Source of the DNA: Mobula hypostoma
Lineage: Eukaryota
DNA length: 64,000 nt
Assembly (NCBI RefSeq): GCF_963921235.1
Contig: NC_086097.1
Location: forward strand, 9,238,001 to 9,302,000
Direction: 5' to 3'
Shown here: positions 24,267 through 37,380 of the stretch, piece by piece
Numbering within the stretch: position 1 is the first letter of the stretch
Layout of the letters: the number at the start of each line of letters is the position of its first letter
Notes under the pieces: generated by a model
The model's database searches: none
What the model was told of the DNA's origin: nothing
Seen by the model: only the letters and a program-made list of their open reading frames with translations
Position numbers and translations under genes: made by a program

Positions 24267-25605
24267 AAAGGTAAACGACCTTATTTGTCATCAGTGATTT
24301 GCAATGTGAGACACTATCAATTGTAGAAACTATCAATTTTTAAGTGATCCCTTATTTTACTATTCAATAGTTCAAATAATCTTTGTGTCCCTATTAAAAC
24401 TATGGAAGGAAACATTGGATTGATTCTTGCTTACATTTAAATTATGCACTTTTCTTGGAGGCAAATTTCAATTCAATTTACAATGCTCAAATCTCTTCGG
24501 CTGTGAAAATGAATTTGGACTTGGTTAGTTTGACATTAGATTGTGGAGTTTCTTGCCACCTAAGGACAATAGTTAATGATCTCAGAGTACAGAGAAAGAA
24601 ATGAATGACACCGATGACTTTCCACAGCGACTTGAGATTTATTGAATGCACGGAGTTATCAAGGTAGGGCCAGTCCTGTGTCTTGCTTTATTGATCCATC
24701 TGCCTGGGAATTATTCAGCCATAAATCCACTGCCGCTTCTGCAGTCTCAGCTCAGACAAAGTGAAGACAAATCTGCATGAGGAGCTTAATCAGAAATAAC
24801 TCACCGACTGTCCCTTGGTATTCAATTTGTATCGCTGCAGAAATTATTTCTGAAGAAGCAGCAAATAATCCTAAGGCACAAATGACAGCACTCGCTAATT
24901 AATGATGTGTCATTGTGGTCAAAAGCCGAAACACTGTGCCCAGGTCAGAGAACGAATTCTTTAAATGTTTGATTGAGAGCTCCAGTTTATTCCAATTTTC
25001 TTACATTCTCAGGTCTTCTTTGCTTTTCCCACAACAGATTAACAGCAGGGAAGCATCAGCTTTGGGCCTTAAAATGAATTCCATGCAGAGGAGAATTTTG
25101 TTCATGTGTTCGCCAAGCGAAATGTGGAATTTAGATGGGATGTTATTTGCAAGGATTTCTGCATTTGATCAGCTAGTTTCTCTACATCGTCTTGGACTGG
25201 GAGGAAGCAGAGTACCACAGTAATTTACAGTCACTGTTTGAGCCTTTGCTTTGATTTGTAAGGCCTCTGTTTGTACTTGTGGTTTTACTTTGGCTCAAAA
25301 AATAGTATTGGGCTCGCACTGGTGGCATAAAACACATCTAAGTCACTTTAAAACAAAACAGGAGAAAATGTTTTATTGAATCTTGACAGTACTGTGTGTT
25401 CCTCTGGCTCCAAGCCCAAAAAGCAGAGCACTACCTGTCACACTGCAAATATAACTCAACATGGAGATAAAGGACCTGATATTTGTGGTGATTTTGGGTT
25501 TCATGGTAGATCAGACAAGACTACTGATATCTTGTTGGGAACGAATCTTACATGGTCTGCCTCACATGCAACTCTAGATCCACAGGATTGAAAAAATATG
25601 GAGAA

Positions 25606-26392
25606 AGTCCACAGGACTTATTTCCAAAATGCATCAGGCTTGTTTAGATGTTCCTTTGAACCTTTTGAATAGAACTTTTTGACTGCAATGAGCTAAGGTA
25701 TGTTTGGAGAAAAAAGGGTGCAGAATTTCATGAAAAGAACCCCTCTCCAACTGTTAAGCACAGGGGTGGATCAATCATGCTTTGGGCTTGTGTTGCAGCC
25801 AGTGGCATGGGGGACATTTACTGGTAGAGGAAAGAATGAATTCAATTAAATACCAGCAAATTCTGGAAGCAAACATCACACCATCTGTAAAAAAGCCGAA
25901 GAGGAAAAGAGGATGGCTTCTACAACAGGAGAATGAACCTAAACACACCTCAAAATCCACAATGGACTACCTCAAGAGGCGCAAGCTAAAGGTTTTGCTA
26001 TGGCCCTCACAGTCCCCTGACCTAAACGTCATCGAGAATCTGTGGATAGAGCTCAAAAGAGCAGCGCGTGCAAGACGGCCCAAGAATCTCACAGAACTAG
26101 AAGCCTTTTGCAAGGAAGACTGGGTGAAAATCCCCCAAACAAGAATTGAAAGACTCTTAGCTGGCTACAGAAGCGTTTACAAGCTGTGATACTTGCCAAA
26201 GGAGGTGTTACTAAGTACTGCCATGCAGGGTGCCCAAACTTTTGCTTCAGGCCCTTTTCCTTTTTTGTTATTTTGAAACTGTAAAGGATGGAAATAAAAA
26301 AGTAATCTTGCTTAAGATATTAAAGAAATGTGTCATCTTTACAGTAACAAAAATTTTGACCAGGGGTGCCTAAACTTTTGCATACCACTATA
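25606..26392 (+). mobile_element. Tc1 (IR/DR-type) transposon, 3' half
   Basis: TVKHRGGSIMLWAC, QQENEPKH, WPSQSPDLNVIENLW; direct repeat gggtgcc(c/t)aaacttttgc at about 26228 and 26364 in the right end. Confidence 0.9.
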
Positions 26393-26509
26393 TGTATATG
26401 TACTGAAATCCATTTATGTATTTTTTTCTGTATTTATTATGTATTGCATTTTACTTCTATCACAAAGTTAACAAATTTCACAATGTAATGTTAGACCTGA
26501 TTCTTAATG

Positions 26510-26990
26510 AATTACTGGGTCAGGTAGAATCCATGGAATGAATTAACAGTCAACATTTTAGGCTGAGACCCTTCATCAGGACTGGAAAGAAAGTGTGGAA
26601 GATAACAGAATAAGAAGGTGAGGGGAGGGGACAGAGGACTGTATAAGCTGGAAGCTGATAGGTGAAGGCAGGTGGGTAGGGGAGGGAGGATGAAGAAAAA
26701 TAGTGGGAGGAGTGGCACCAGGGGGAGGTGAAAGGCAGGTGAGGTAAAGAGAATACGACACCATGGTGGGGAGTTGAAGAAGAGAGGAAGGGGAGAGGAA
26801 AAATTACATAAATTTGGAGAAACCATTGTTCATGCCATTAGGTTGAAGATGGAATATGAGGTGCTGCTCCTCCAACATGAGAGTGGCCTCACTGTGGCAG
26901 AAGATGAGGCCATAGATTGACATGTCGGGTGGGGAATGGAGGTGGGAAATGGTTGGCCACCAGAAAATTCTGCACTTTTCAGATGGCGTG
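26510..26990 (-). mobile_element. Penelope-like 3' fragment
   Basis: GIY-YIG C-terminal remnant (EEQHLIFHL) and pLTR with CUGAUGA but mutated GAAA. Confidence 0.8.
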
Positions 26991-27179
26991 GAAGCATGAC
27001 TGTCTAACCAATCAGACTGAAGAATCTATCTGTGGTACATGGATCTTTAACCAGGAAGTAAATCAATGTAAAATCACTGTCAGAAAGCAAAATATTATAC
27101 TTATTTATTTAGAAATACAGTGCATAACTGTACTGTCTACTATCAAAGTCCTTTTGGAAGTTCTTATTAATGTTATTTA

Positions 27180-28130
27180 AACAAAAACAACAACAGATTG
27201 TGCTGCAAAATTCTCAATTAATAAACAACTCAATACTTATCTTACATTGTTGGCCTAGAAATTCATTTCCTTGGCAAATGAACATCAAAGGCAGGGCGGA
27301 GTGGCACAAATGCTATTGTTTAGTGTGTTCAGTAACCGCATGGGTATTTTTAAGGTATTTTGGGTATATTTAACTAGAGACTGATAGGGCATGAAAGGAT
27401 ACAGGGAGATAGTAGGTGTTTGGGGCTGAGAGGGAAAGCAGATCAGCCATGATGAAATGGTGGAGCAGACTCAATGGGCCGAATGGCCTAATTCTGCTCC
27501 AATATCTTATAGACTTATTGGAACATAATGTGGTGGTAATAACTGAAGCTTAGCTCAGAAAGGGGCAGTAGTGGGCATCAGATAGCCTGAATATAAAGAG
27601 ATCAGCAAAAAAAAAGAAGGAAAAGGAGGAGGAGCGATGGCAGTGTTGATTAAAGAGAATATTGCAGTGAAGGAGAGAGAGGTGTCAAACACAGAATCTC
27701 TTTTATTGGAGAAAATAAGTGGCAAAGGCAATACTAGATTGGTCTGTCTATTTTATTTTTATTTATTATATACACAGATACAGAGCAGAACAGGCCCTTC
27801 CGGTCCTTTGAGCCACATGGCCCAGCAACCCCCCCCCCCCACCCCTCCCGATTTAACCCTAGCCAATGATGGGACAATTTAAATGACCAATTAACCTATT
27901 AACTGATACGTCTTTGGACTGTGGCAGGAAACTGAAGCCCCTGGAGGAAACCCATGTGATTGACAGGGAGAATGTACCAATTCCTGACAGACTGCGCCCG
28001 ATGGTGCAGGAATTGAACTCTGACCTCCGGAATGCTGTGCGTTAACCGCTCTGCTACCATGGCATCCAAAATAAAGAAAGTGAATGACTTGGAAGTTTGA
28101 GAGAAATAGAAGAACAAAAAAATGTATAAA
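27180..28130 (+). repeat. Local duplication, copy A
   Basis: Collinear with 53755-54590 across unique sequence, CR1 tail, old CR1 endonuclease remnant and SINE junctions. Confidence 0.8.
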
Positions 28131-28744
28131 TTGCTCTCCGACAGTCATTCCTTTGTGTAGGAATGGGACACCTTGAGGATCTTTTTTATTTTTAATGTTT
28201 TATGATAGGGAGTTAATTTAAGACTTCGAATAACATAGTGACACTGCTTGCTCATCAACTTCATAGCTCTCTGGACCTGAGTTCATTCTTGATCTCTGAT
28301 ACTATCCAAAGTTTGTATATTCTATTTGTCACTGCTTGGGTTACTCTGGGTACTCCGATTTCCTCCCACGTCCCAGTGACGTGAGGATTGGTTGGCTAGT
28401 TGGCTATTTAAATAGCCATGAATGTGCTGGTTTGGAGTAGAAGAATGAGTGGAGAATGAAATGTGATTAATGTAGGGTCACTGTAAATGGGCACTGCAAG
28501 GTTGATGCTGACATGGTGGGACTTGGTAGGACGTCTATTTCCATGCCGTTTGACATGGTGATTTTATGAGTTACTGTGTTGTTGAAAACCAAAACATAAT
28601 GCTTCTGAGGAGACAGCGGCTATTCTTTCATTCAAATGCAATGCTGAGTCTACTGCTGAGATAATGTTTGTGGTGAACCTTCTGAAAGAGGAGGGAAATC
28701 AAAGCAGCACCTCCCCTGATTCCATGTTATGTGTTGATTCATTA

Positions 28745-29140
28745 ATTTATTTTAGAGATACAGCGCAGTACTGGTCCTTCCAGCCTAATGAGCCACCAAT
28801 TCCAGCAATGTACCTATTTAATGGAGGATTAATGAGGAATTTAAGGTGGGGGGGTTATATGGGATGCAGGGTTTAAGGGTCGGCACAACATTGTGGGCCA
28901 AAGGGCCTGTACTGTGCTGTACTATTCTATGTTCTATGTCTATATTCACCCTGGCCTAATCACAGGACAGTTAACAATGACCAATTAACCTACTGACCGG
29001 TATGCCCTTGAAGGGTGAAAGGAAGCTGGAGAGCCCACAGAAAACGGGGAAAACGTACAAACCCCTTACAAATGCCACCAGAGTTGAACTCTGAACTTCG
29101 ACTCGCCAAGCTGTAGTAGCACTGCACTAACCACCACGCT
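28745..29140 (-). mobile_element. V-SINE-like element interrupted by a CR1 tail (about 28833-28938)
   Basis: SINE halves flank a fragment near-identical to 62887-62985. Confidence 0.7.
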
Positions 29141-29877
29141 ACTTTGATTTAACTCTTCAGGGTGACAGAAATTATAGTTGAATTTATATTTTCATATCCG
29201 CTGCAAACTAATAACCTCAGTTTTACAGCCAATTCTCGTCTAATATATTTCGGTGGAAGGCAGGCAAAAAGTCAAAAATTCTGCTTAAGTGCAGTTCCCT
29301 TGCTCTTTATCCATTGTAATATTTTTCTCTGGTTTCTACTTCTCCTAGTCTTCAGTCCTCAGCTAAAATCAGCAATTGAAATGATGTCTGCAAGATTAAA
29401 CATATTAAGACACACCTGAGCCAGAACCTTGTCTCATTTAATGAAAGATACACATTGTTCCGAGCCAATATGGTTCGATTCGCAAACCTTTCACAGATGG
29501 TTAAAAACCATACCCTAATTATTTATTTTCATACACCATTAATTACTTTCAAATACCATTTCCACTCTAGAGTATTCGGTAACAAGATTTCTACTTCAGT
29601 GTCAAAGGGTTAATGCATTTCTTCTGTTCATTTTCTGACCTGACATAAATAAAGCCTGCACTAATTAGGAGTGATGGGTCACCTCTCCCCTGATAATGGA
29701 ATGATAATTATTCTTTATTATTCATATTCACCAGCAAGCCAGTGGCAGCATTTTAAATTTAATTCCCCCAGCAGAAAAGTTATTTAGATGATATCATTAG
29801 CTTTGACTTGGATAGTTTCCTGTTAGTAGCTCCCAGTCTCCAACAGACAAAATAAGCTTACAGCATGGTGCCTTTAG

Positions 29878-30425
29878 TAGATCAGGGTCGACCACGGATG
29901 TTACATCCTAGCTGTTTGCACAAGCCTGGGCAGTACAATATGGAGAGCAGGCTGTTGCCCGTGCAGCAGGCTTCCCCTCTCCACACAGCTGTTGAATCCA
30001 AAGGAACGGCGGAGACCGATACCATTTGGCACCAGCGACGTTGCAGGAGTTGCCAGTCAGCGTGGCACTCAACATACGACTGCCTTAGGGACTTCATCCC
30101 TGGATCTTTCCTTAGGGCTTACTCCCAAAGCCTTCCCCATGAGTGGGTATAGCTGCAAGGTAGCGGAGGTTTGAGATCAGAGATTTCCTCCTCCTAGAAG
30201 AGCTGCCAACCACAGCTGACAAGTCACATCTACCCAAAGTGTCTGGTTTTGAGGCTTCAATAACCCGCATTTACCCCTCCTCTTGTCACCAGGCTTAGAA
30301 GCTAAGCCGCACATGAAGGCCAGGAACTGGACTTGGTTATCAGAGACTATTTGAGAGGCACACCATTGGGAGCATTTAATAGATAGTGGGAGTTTAACCC
30401 CACCACTCCTCCACACTATGACAGG
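29878..30425 (-). mobile_element. Non-autonomous RTE-derived element
   Basis: ctaggaggaggaaatctctgat RTE 5' motif; homologous pieces at 43205-43500 and 43610-43740 (+). Confidence 0.7.
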
Positions 30426-32099
30426 GATTGAGGTGCCTGTAGACAGCACCTTATGTGACTTGATGTGCTGGCTCTCTGTTTATATATTCAGGTACCACAG
30501 CAGTGTAGCAGTTAGTTTGACACATTTACAGCTTGGAGCTTTGTGATTTTGGAGTTCAGTCCCATTGTCCTCTGTAAGGAGTCTCTGTACGTTCTCGCTG
30601 TGGAATGCATGGGTTTTCTCCAGGTCCTCCTCTCTCCTCTTACAGCCCAAAGACATACTGGGGTTTAACTGGTTTTTGCAACTGGTGAGGATTAGGGTTA
30701 AATCATGTTTGTCAGGGGTGCTGGGCAGTGTGGCTCGAATGGCCAAAAGGGCCTGTTCCTCACTGTATCTCAAAGCCACACAGACAAAATGCTGGAGGAA
30801 CTCAGCAGGTCAGGCAGCATCGGTGGAAAAAAGGTTAAAGTCTGTCCCGAGCCTTGTGGCCCATCAGGCCGGTGCTTATGCCGGTTTCTGTGACGTGAAA
30901 AGAGTCAACAATATTCAAAATACCGGAGGAACTCAGCAGGCCAGGCAGCATCAATGGAAAAGAGTCAACAATATTCAAAGCTGGGTTTTTTTGTTCTATT
31001 GAAACCAAAGCTGAGGTGCATCAACAAAGGTAAATCTCTCAAGCCTTGTGTTGCACTATTTCTCTGCATAGCCTTCAACTGAGACATTATATTGTCTCCA
31101 AATTCAAAGAGCTCAATATCTGCTCAAGCACAAAATTATTTATTCAGAGATAGTAACACTGTGCCTTTCCAGCTGTGACATGACCTTGAGGAAGATAAAC
31201 ATGTGAATGGGATCTCCACTGTCCCAGTTAATCAACATGTCGATTATTTTATTTTATTTAATTTAGCAATCTGATCTTCAAACCACGGTGCCCCAGCAAC
31301 TCCTGACAAAACCAATTAACCCTAACATCATCACAGGAAAAACTTGCAATGATTAATTAATCTATACAGTACACCTTTAGACTGCGGGAGGAAACCGAAT
31401 CATGTAGAGAAAACCCACGCATTCAATGGGGGCGGGGGAGAGGAAATGTGCAGACTCCTTACACAACAATGCTGGAATTGAACTCCGAACTCTAGAATGT
31501 TCCGAGCTGTAAAGGTTTCACACTAACTGCTATGCTACTGTCTGTCCAACCTAACCTTTTGCATTCTTCTTGGACAAACTGAGACAAAAGCTGTCAGTAA
31601 CTTCTTTTTTAATTTAGTAATATTTTCTGTTGTTGAAGGGAACAGCCTTAATTTTGAGGTGTTCATCATACATTGTGATGGTAGTGGATTCCCTGATCAA
31701 AAAGCCCTAAACTGAAAAGAAAGTTTTAAGCCCTATCCAATATACTGTAGATAACCATGGGTACCTTCACTATAGGGAGGTTATACTGGATCTACCTGCT
31801 CTTTAAGGACTAGCTTACTTCCCTGTCTAGTCTCTGCCAATACTCACCCAGTCAAGAGTTTCTGCAGATGCTGGAGATCCAGAGCAACACACACAAGAAG
31901 GGTCTTGGCCTGAAATGTTGACTGTTTATTCACTTCCATAGATGCTACCTGACCTGCTGGGTTCCTCCAGCGTTTTGTTTGTGTTGACAATCCCCACTAC
32001 TTGAGTGGGAGGCTCCCCCCTCCCTACCAAGGAGGATATTCTTCCAGCTAGAGATTCCTCAGCTACGAAATTTGAACCCATATTAACATGGAATTCAAT

Positions 32100-32580
32100 A
32101 AATTCGAGAAAGTATGCTGATGCTGGAAATACAAATCAACACATACAAAATGCTGGAAGAGCTCAGCAGATTAGGCAGCATCCATGGAAATGAATAGATA
32201 GTCGACATTTCAGGCCAAGACAATTCTTGAGGAGTGGAAAGGGAGGAGGAAGATGCCAGAGTAAAAGGGTAGGAGGAGGGGAAGGAGGTCCTGCCGGAAG
32301 GTGTTAAGTGAAGGTGGGTGGGAAAGGTAAAAGGCAGGAGAAGAAGGAGTTTGACAGGAGAGTAAAGTGGACCATAGGAGAAAGGAAACGAAGAGGGGAC
32401 CCAGGGAGAAGCAATAGGCAGTGAGAAGAGGTAAGAGGCCAGAATGGGGAACAGAGGAAGGGGGTGGGGTGGAAAATTTGTTTACAAGAAGGATAAATCA
32501 ATATTCAAGCCATCAGTTTGGAGACCACCTAGATGGATTACAAGGTACTGCTCCTCCACCCTGAGGGTGGCCTCATCTGG
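32100..32580 (-). mobile_element. Penelope-like 3' fragment
   Basis: EATLRVEEQYLVIHLGGLQTDGLNID remnant and pLTR. Confidence 0.8.
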
Positions 32581-33269
32581 AGATCAATCCCCATCTTTGA
32601 GCTCTGTTGGACTGGTTACTAGTTTGTCTACCTGAACATCAACAGGAAAAGAGAGTATAAACCCTTTCAAAATAAAGAATAAAGAACTCTGCATTAATGA
32701 TATTTATAACTATATTCAAATTACTAATGATTATGGAAGCTGAGTACTGCAAATGCATGTTTATTTAATATACCGTTACCTGATTTTAGATAGGATATAA
32801 AATTAATGGTGGGTGTTAGAAATCTTGAAGAAAGCAGAAAACTGTAAAAAGTCAAACACTACATGTGTGAGTGAACAGATACAATATTAATGGTGAAATG
32901 TGTGTTGCAGTGACTCTTGAAGATTTGAATGGAAAAGGTTTTAATTAAAAAGGCCTTAGGTAATGCAGAAAGTACAAACAGAATAATGAACTAATGATCA
33001 CAACATCAAACTCAAACCCACAGCTGGAAAGTGAGAAAAACTCGCATTGATATAGTACATTCCATTACCACAGGTCAGCCGATATTACAATATTTTTGAA
33101 GTGTCGCACTATGTTCTACTACTCTGATATAAGAAACATGAGAATCAATGTCTTAGCCGAGGCAGTAAGGTAATTGATAAATACCAAGAAACTTGAAATT
33201 GTAATTTTCACAATACAAAAGATATTGGAAAGATCCAGATGGAAATCCCCTTCTTTTGAAAATACTGTT

Positions 33270-34072
33270 ATAGATAAAAAGATAGACATACTTTATTGAT
33301 CCCGAGGGAAATTGGGTTTCGTTACAGTTGCACCAACCAAGAATAGAGTATAAATATAGCAATATAAAACCATAAATAATTAAATAATAATATGTAAATT
33401 ATGCCAGATGGAAATAAGTCCAGGACCAGCCTATTGGCTCAGGGTGTCTGACCCTCCAAGGGAGGAGTTGTAAAGTTTGATAGCCACAGGCAGGAATGAC
33501 TTCCTATGACGCTTAGTGTTGCATCTCGGTGGAATGAGTCTCTGGCTGAATGTACTCCTGTGCCCAACCAGTACATTATGTAGTGGATGGGAGACATTGT
33601 CCAAGATGGAATGCAACTTAGACAGCATCCTCTTTTCAGACACCACTGTCAGAGAGTCCAGTTCCATCCCCACAACATCACTGGCCTTACAAATGAGTTT
33701 GTTGATTCTGTTGGTGTCTGCTACACTCAGCCTGCTGCCCCAGCACACAACAGCAAACATGATAGCACTGGACACCACAGACTCGTAGAACATCCTCAGA
33801 ATCGTCCGGCAGATGTTAAAGGACCTCAGTCTCCTCAGGAAATAGAGATGGCTCTGACCCTTCTTGTAGACAGCCTCAGTGTTCTTTGACCAGTGCAGTT
33901 TATTGTCAATTTGTATCCCCAGATATTTGTAATCCTCCACCATGTCCACACTGACCCCCTGGGTGGAAACAGGGGTCACCGGTACCTTAGCCCTCCTCAG
34001 GTCCACCACCAGCTCCTTAGTCTTTTTCAAATTAAGCCGTAGATAATTCTGCTCACATCATGTGACAAAGTT
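33270..34072 (-). mobile_element. Rex1/Babar LINE 3' fragment
   Basis: ORF 33431-34030 KKTKELVVDLRR...YKYLG...LYFLRRLRSF...RKSFLPVAIKLYN. Confidence 0.9.
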
Positions 34073-34186
34073 ATGCAGTTAGATTTTCTGAATCCACGTA
34101 AGAGATTTCAGCACTTAATCCTAAAGACCAGATAAACAACCGTCCAACCCGCATTCGTAATATTTATAAACCATCAGCTGAGGTTT

Positions 34187-34585
34187 GGGGATCTGATTGA
34201 AACGTATAAGATCCTAAAGGGATTGGACAGGCTAGATGCAGGAAGATTGTTCCTGATGTTGGGAAAGTCCAGAACGAGGGGTCACAGTTTGAGGATAGAG
34301 GGGAAGCCTTTTAGGACCGAGATTAGGAAAAACTTCTTCACACAGAGAGTGGTGAATCTGTGGAATTCTCTGCCACAGCAAACTGTTGAGGCCAGTTCAT
34401 TGGCTATGTTTAAGAGGGAGTTAGATATGGCCCTTGTGGCTACAGGGGTCAGGGGGTATGGAGGGAAGGCTGGGGCGGGGTTCTGAGTTGGATGATCAGC
34501 CATGATCATCATAAATGGCGGTGCAGGCTCGAAGGGCCGAATGGCCTACTCCTGCACCTATTTTCTATGTTTCTATGTTTCTATG
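34187..34585 (+). mobile_element. Young CR1 3' end, same subfamily as 5940-8096
   Basis: Near-identical to 7712-8096; (tttctatg)3 tail. Confidence 0.95.
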
Positions 34586-34804
34586 TTATTGTGCTCAGGT
34601 CTCAGAAGCAACTGATCAATATGTTCACAACACAAATAAAAACATGTCTTCTAATGATTCTCTAGTTATGAACTTGAAATGACATATTACGATGAGAGAC
34701 TGAATAGATATGGTATTATCATGACAAAGCGACACCAACTCTGATGGATAGGTCCCATCATCCAGATGCCTAACTCGCAATCAATCTCCCAAACAGATCC
34801 TTGA

Positions 34805-35935
34805 CTTATAAGACCATAAGACCATAAGTTATAGGAGCAGAATTAAGCCATTTAGCCCATTGAGTCTGCTCCACCATTTCGTCATGTCTGATCCATTTTC
34901 CCTCTCAGCCCCAATCTCCTGCCCTCTCTTCTGGTCTCTTCATGCCCACACTAATCAAGAATCTATTAACCTCTGCCTTAAGTATACCCATTGACTTGGC
35001 CTCTACAACTTCCTGTGGCGATGAATTCCACAGATTCACCATGCTCCGAAGCTGTGTCCTCTGATCTTAGACTCTCCCATCACAGGAAACATCTTCTTTA
35101 CATACACTCTATTTAGGTTTTTCAACATAGGATAGGTTTCAGTAACTCATTCTTCTGAACTCCATCAACCTCTTTTTGTATGACAAGCCTTTCAATCCTG
35201 CAATTATATTTGTAAACTTCTTTTTGAACCCTCTCAATGTCGGTCCATCCTTTCTAAGATAAGGGGTCCAAAACTGCTCACAATACTCCAAGGGAGGCCT
35301 GAAAAGAGTTTTATAAAGCCTCAAAGTTGCATCCTTGCTTCTTTTATATTCTAGTCCACTCAAACTTAATGTTAACATGGCATTTGCTTTCCTCACCACC
35401 AAGTCAATCTGCAAATTAACCATTAGGGAATCCTGCACAAGGACTCCCAAAACCCTTTGCACTTCAGATTTTTGTATTTTCTCTCTACTTAGAAAATAGC
35501 CAACACATTTATTTCTTCTAAAAAAGTGCATGACCATACACTGTATTGTATCTAACACTTCTTTGCCCATTCTCCTAATTCATCTAAGTCCTTCTGTAGC
35601 CTCTCTACTTCCTCAAAACTAACTACTCCTCCACCTAACTTTACATTGTCTGCAAACTTGGTGACAACGTAATCAATTCCATCATCCAAATCATTGACAT
35701 ATGATGTAAAAAGAGGCAGTCCCAACACAGACCCTTGCAGACTACTTGTCACCGGCTGCCAACCGACGAACGATCCCTTTATTCCCACTCTTTTCCTAGT
35801 GCTAATCAGCCAATGCCCTATCCACGCTAGAAACGTTCCTCTTACACCATGAGCATTTAACTTGTTAAACAGCCTCATGTGTAGCACCTTGTCAAAGACC
35901 TTCTGAAAGTCCAAGCACACAACATCCACTGATTC
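34805..35935 (-). mobile_element. Decayed CR1 RT fragment
   Basis: DVVCLDFQKVFDKV, QGSVLG, KFADN and RPPLEYC in ORFs 35139-35929. Confidence 0.9.
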
Positions 35936-35940
35936 TCCTT

Positions 35941-36306
35941 TGTCTTTCCTGGTGTCATGGATTATTGATTACCTGACTGGCAGACCACAGTACGTGTGCT
36001 TGCAACACTGTGTGTCAGACAGAGTGATCAGCAGCACTGGGGCTCCACAGGGGACTGTCTTGTTTCCCTTTCTCTTCACCATTTACACCTTGGACTTCAA
36101 CTACTGCACAGAGTCTTGCCATCTTCAGAAGTTTTCGGATGACTCTGCCATAGTTGGATACATCAGCAAGGGAGATGAGGCTGAGTACAGGGCTACGGTA
36201 GGAAACTTTGTCACATGGTGTGAGCAGAATTATCTGCAACTTAATGTGAAAAAGACTAAGGAGCTGGTGGTGGACCTGAGGAGGGTTAAGGCACCGGTGA
36301 CCCCTG
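35941..36306 (+). mobile_element. Rex1/Babar RT fragment
   Basis: STGAPQGTVLFPFLF...QKFSDDSAIVG...LNVKKTKELVVD. Confidence 0.9.
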
Positions 36307-37085
36307 TATTGTGTACAGGAGTTGGGATGTTATATTGCAGTTGCATAAGACATTGGTGAGGCCTAATTTGGAGGATTGTCTGCAGATTTGGTCAGCTACC
36401 TACAGGAAAGATGTAAACAAGGTAAAAAGAGTGCAGATAACACACACAAAATGCTGGAGGAACTCAGCGTGCCAGGTAGCAGCTATGGAAAAGAGTACAG
36501 TCGACTGTATTCTTTTTCATAGATGCTGCCTGGCCTGCTGATTTCCTTTAGCATTTTGTGTGTGTTGCTGGGATTTCCAGCATCTGCAGATTTTCTCTTG
36601 TTTATGAAAAAAATGCAGAAAAAAATTACAAGGATGCTGCTGGGTCTAGAGGACTTGAGCTGTAAGGAAAGATTAATTAGCTTAAGACTGTATTCCTTAG
36701 AATGTAGAAGACTGAGAGGAGATTTGATTGAGGTATACAAAATCATGAGGGGTGTAGATGGGGTAAGTGCAAGCGGCTTTTTCCACTGAGGTTGGGTGGG
36801 ACTACAGCCAGAGGCCAGGACTCAGGTGAAAATTTTAAGGGGAACATGAGGGGAAATTTCTTCACTCAGAGGATTGTGAGAGTGTGGAATGAGCTGCCAG
36901 CACAAGTGGCCCAAGTGAACTCAATTTCAACGTTTTAGAGAAGTTTGGATAGGTACATGGATAGTAGGGATAGGGAAGGCTATGGTCCAGGTGTACGTTG
37001 TTGGGAGTAGACAATTTAAATCGTTTTGGCATGGACTAGATGGGCTGAAGGACCTGTTTCTATGCTGTACTTCTCTATGACTCTA
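36307..37085 (+). mobile_element. CR1 3' fragment interrupted by a PLE palindrome
   Basis: LVRPNLED...RVQ / KKITRMLLGLE...RRLRGDLIEVYKIMRG; ctctatgactcta tail. Confidence 0.85.
36438..36606. mobile_element. Palindromic Penelope-like pLTR insertion
   Basis: 65-nt inverted arms with no spacer centred at 36502/36503; TSD-like aaaagagtgcaga/aaaaaaatgcaga. Confidence 0.85.
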
Positions 37086-37099
37086 CTTCTAAAAGCTTT

Positions 37100-37380
37100 T
37101 AAGACATTCAATTCAATCGATGTACCTGGAGCAAATCTGCTCAAGAGGGAGTTGCGCTACACGTGATCGACCTCCGCTGTGCCTCAGAAAACAAGCAGCT
37201 GCTGTGAACGGAGAGACTGAGCAACCAAAAGACCCAACCGCTAACCAGAGCCACCACTTACTTGATTCCACACTGCGCCAGAACATGTGGATCCCAGATC
37301 AGTAACTGCAGCCACTTGAGGACCCACCGGTAGACAATGCCACAGGAGACCGTCTTACTCGACTCATGTGATCGTGCTAC
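37100..37380 (+). mobile_element. Old RTE 3' end
   Basis: One frame reads ...TTYLIPHCARTCGSQISNCSHLRTHR*, the RTE terminal zinc finger. Confidence 0.7.

Noticed and set aside
25382..25435. Twister-like ggctccaagcccaaaaagcagag
   Set aside because: The 5' UAA and the P1/P2 pairing are missing and there is no RTE context; may be chance
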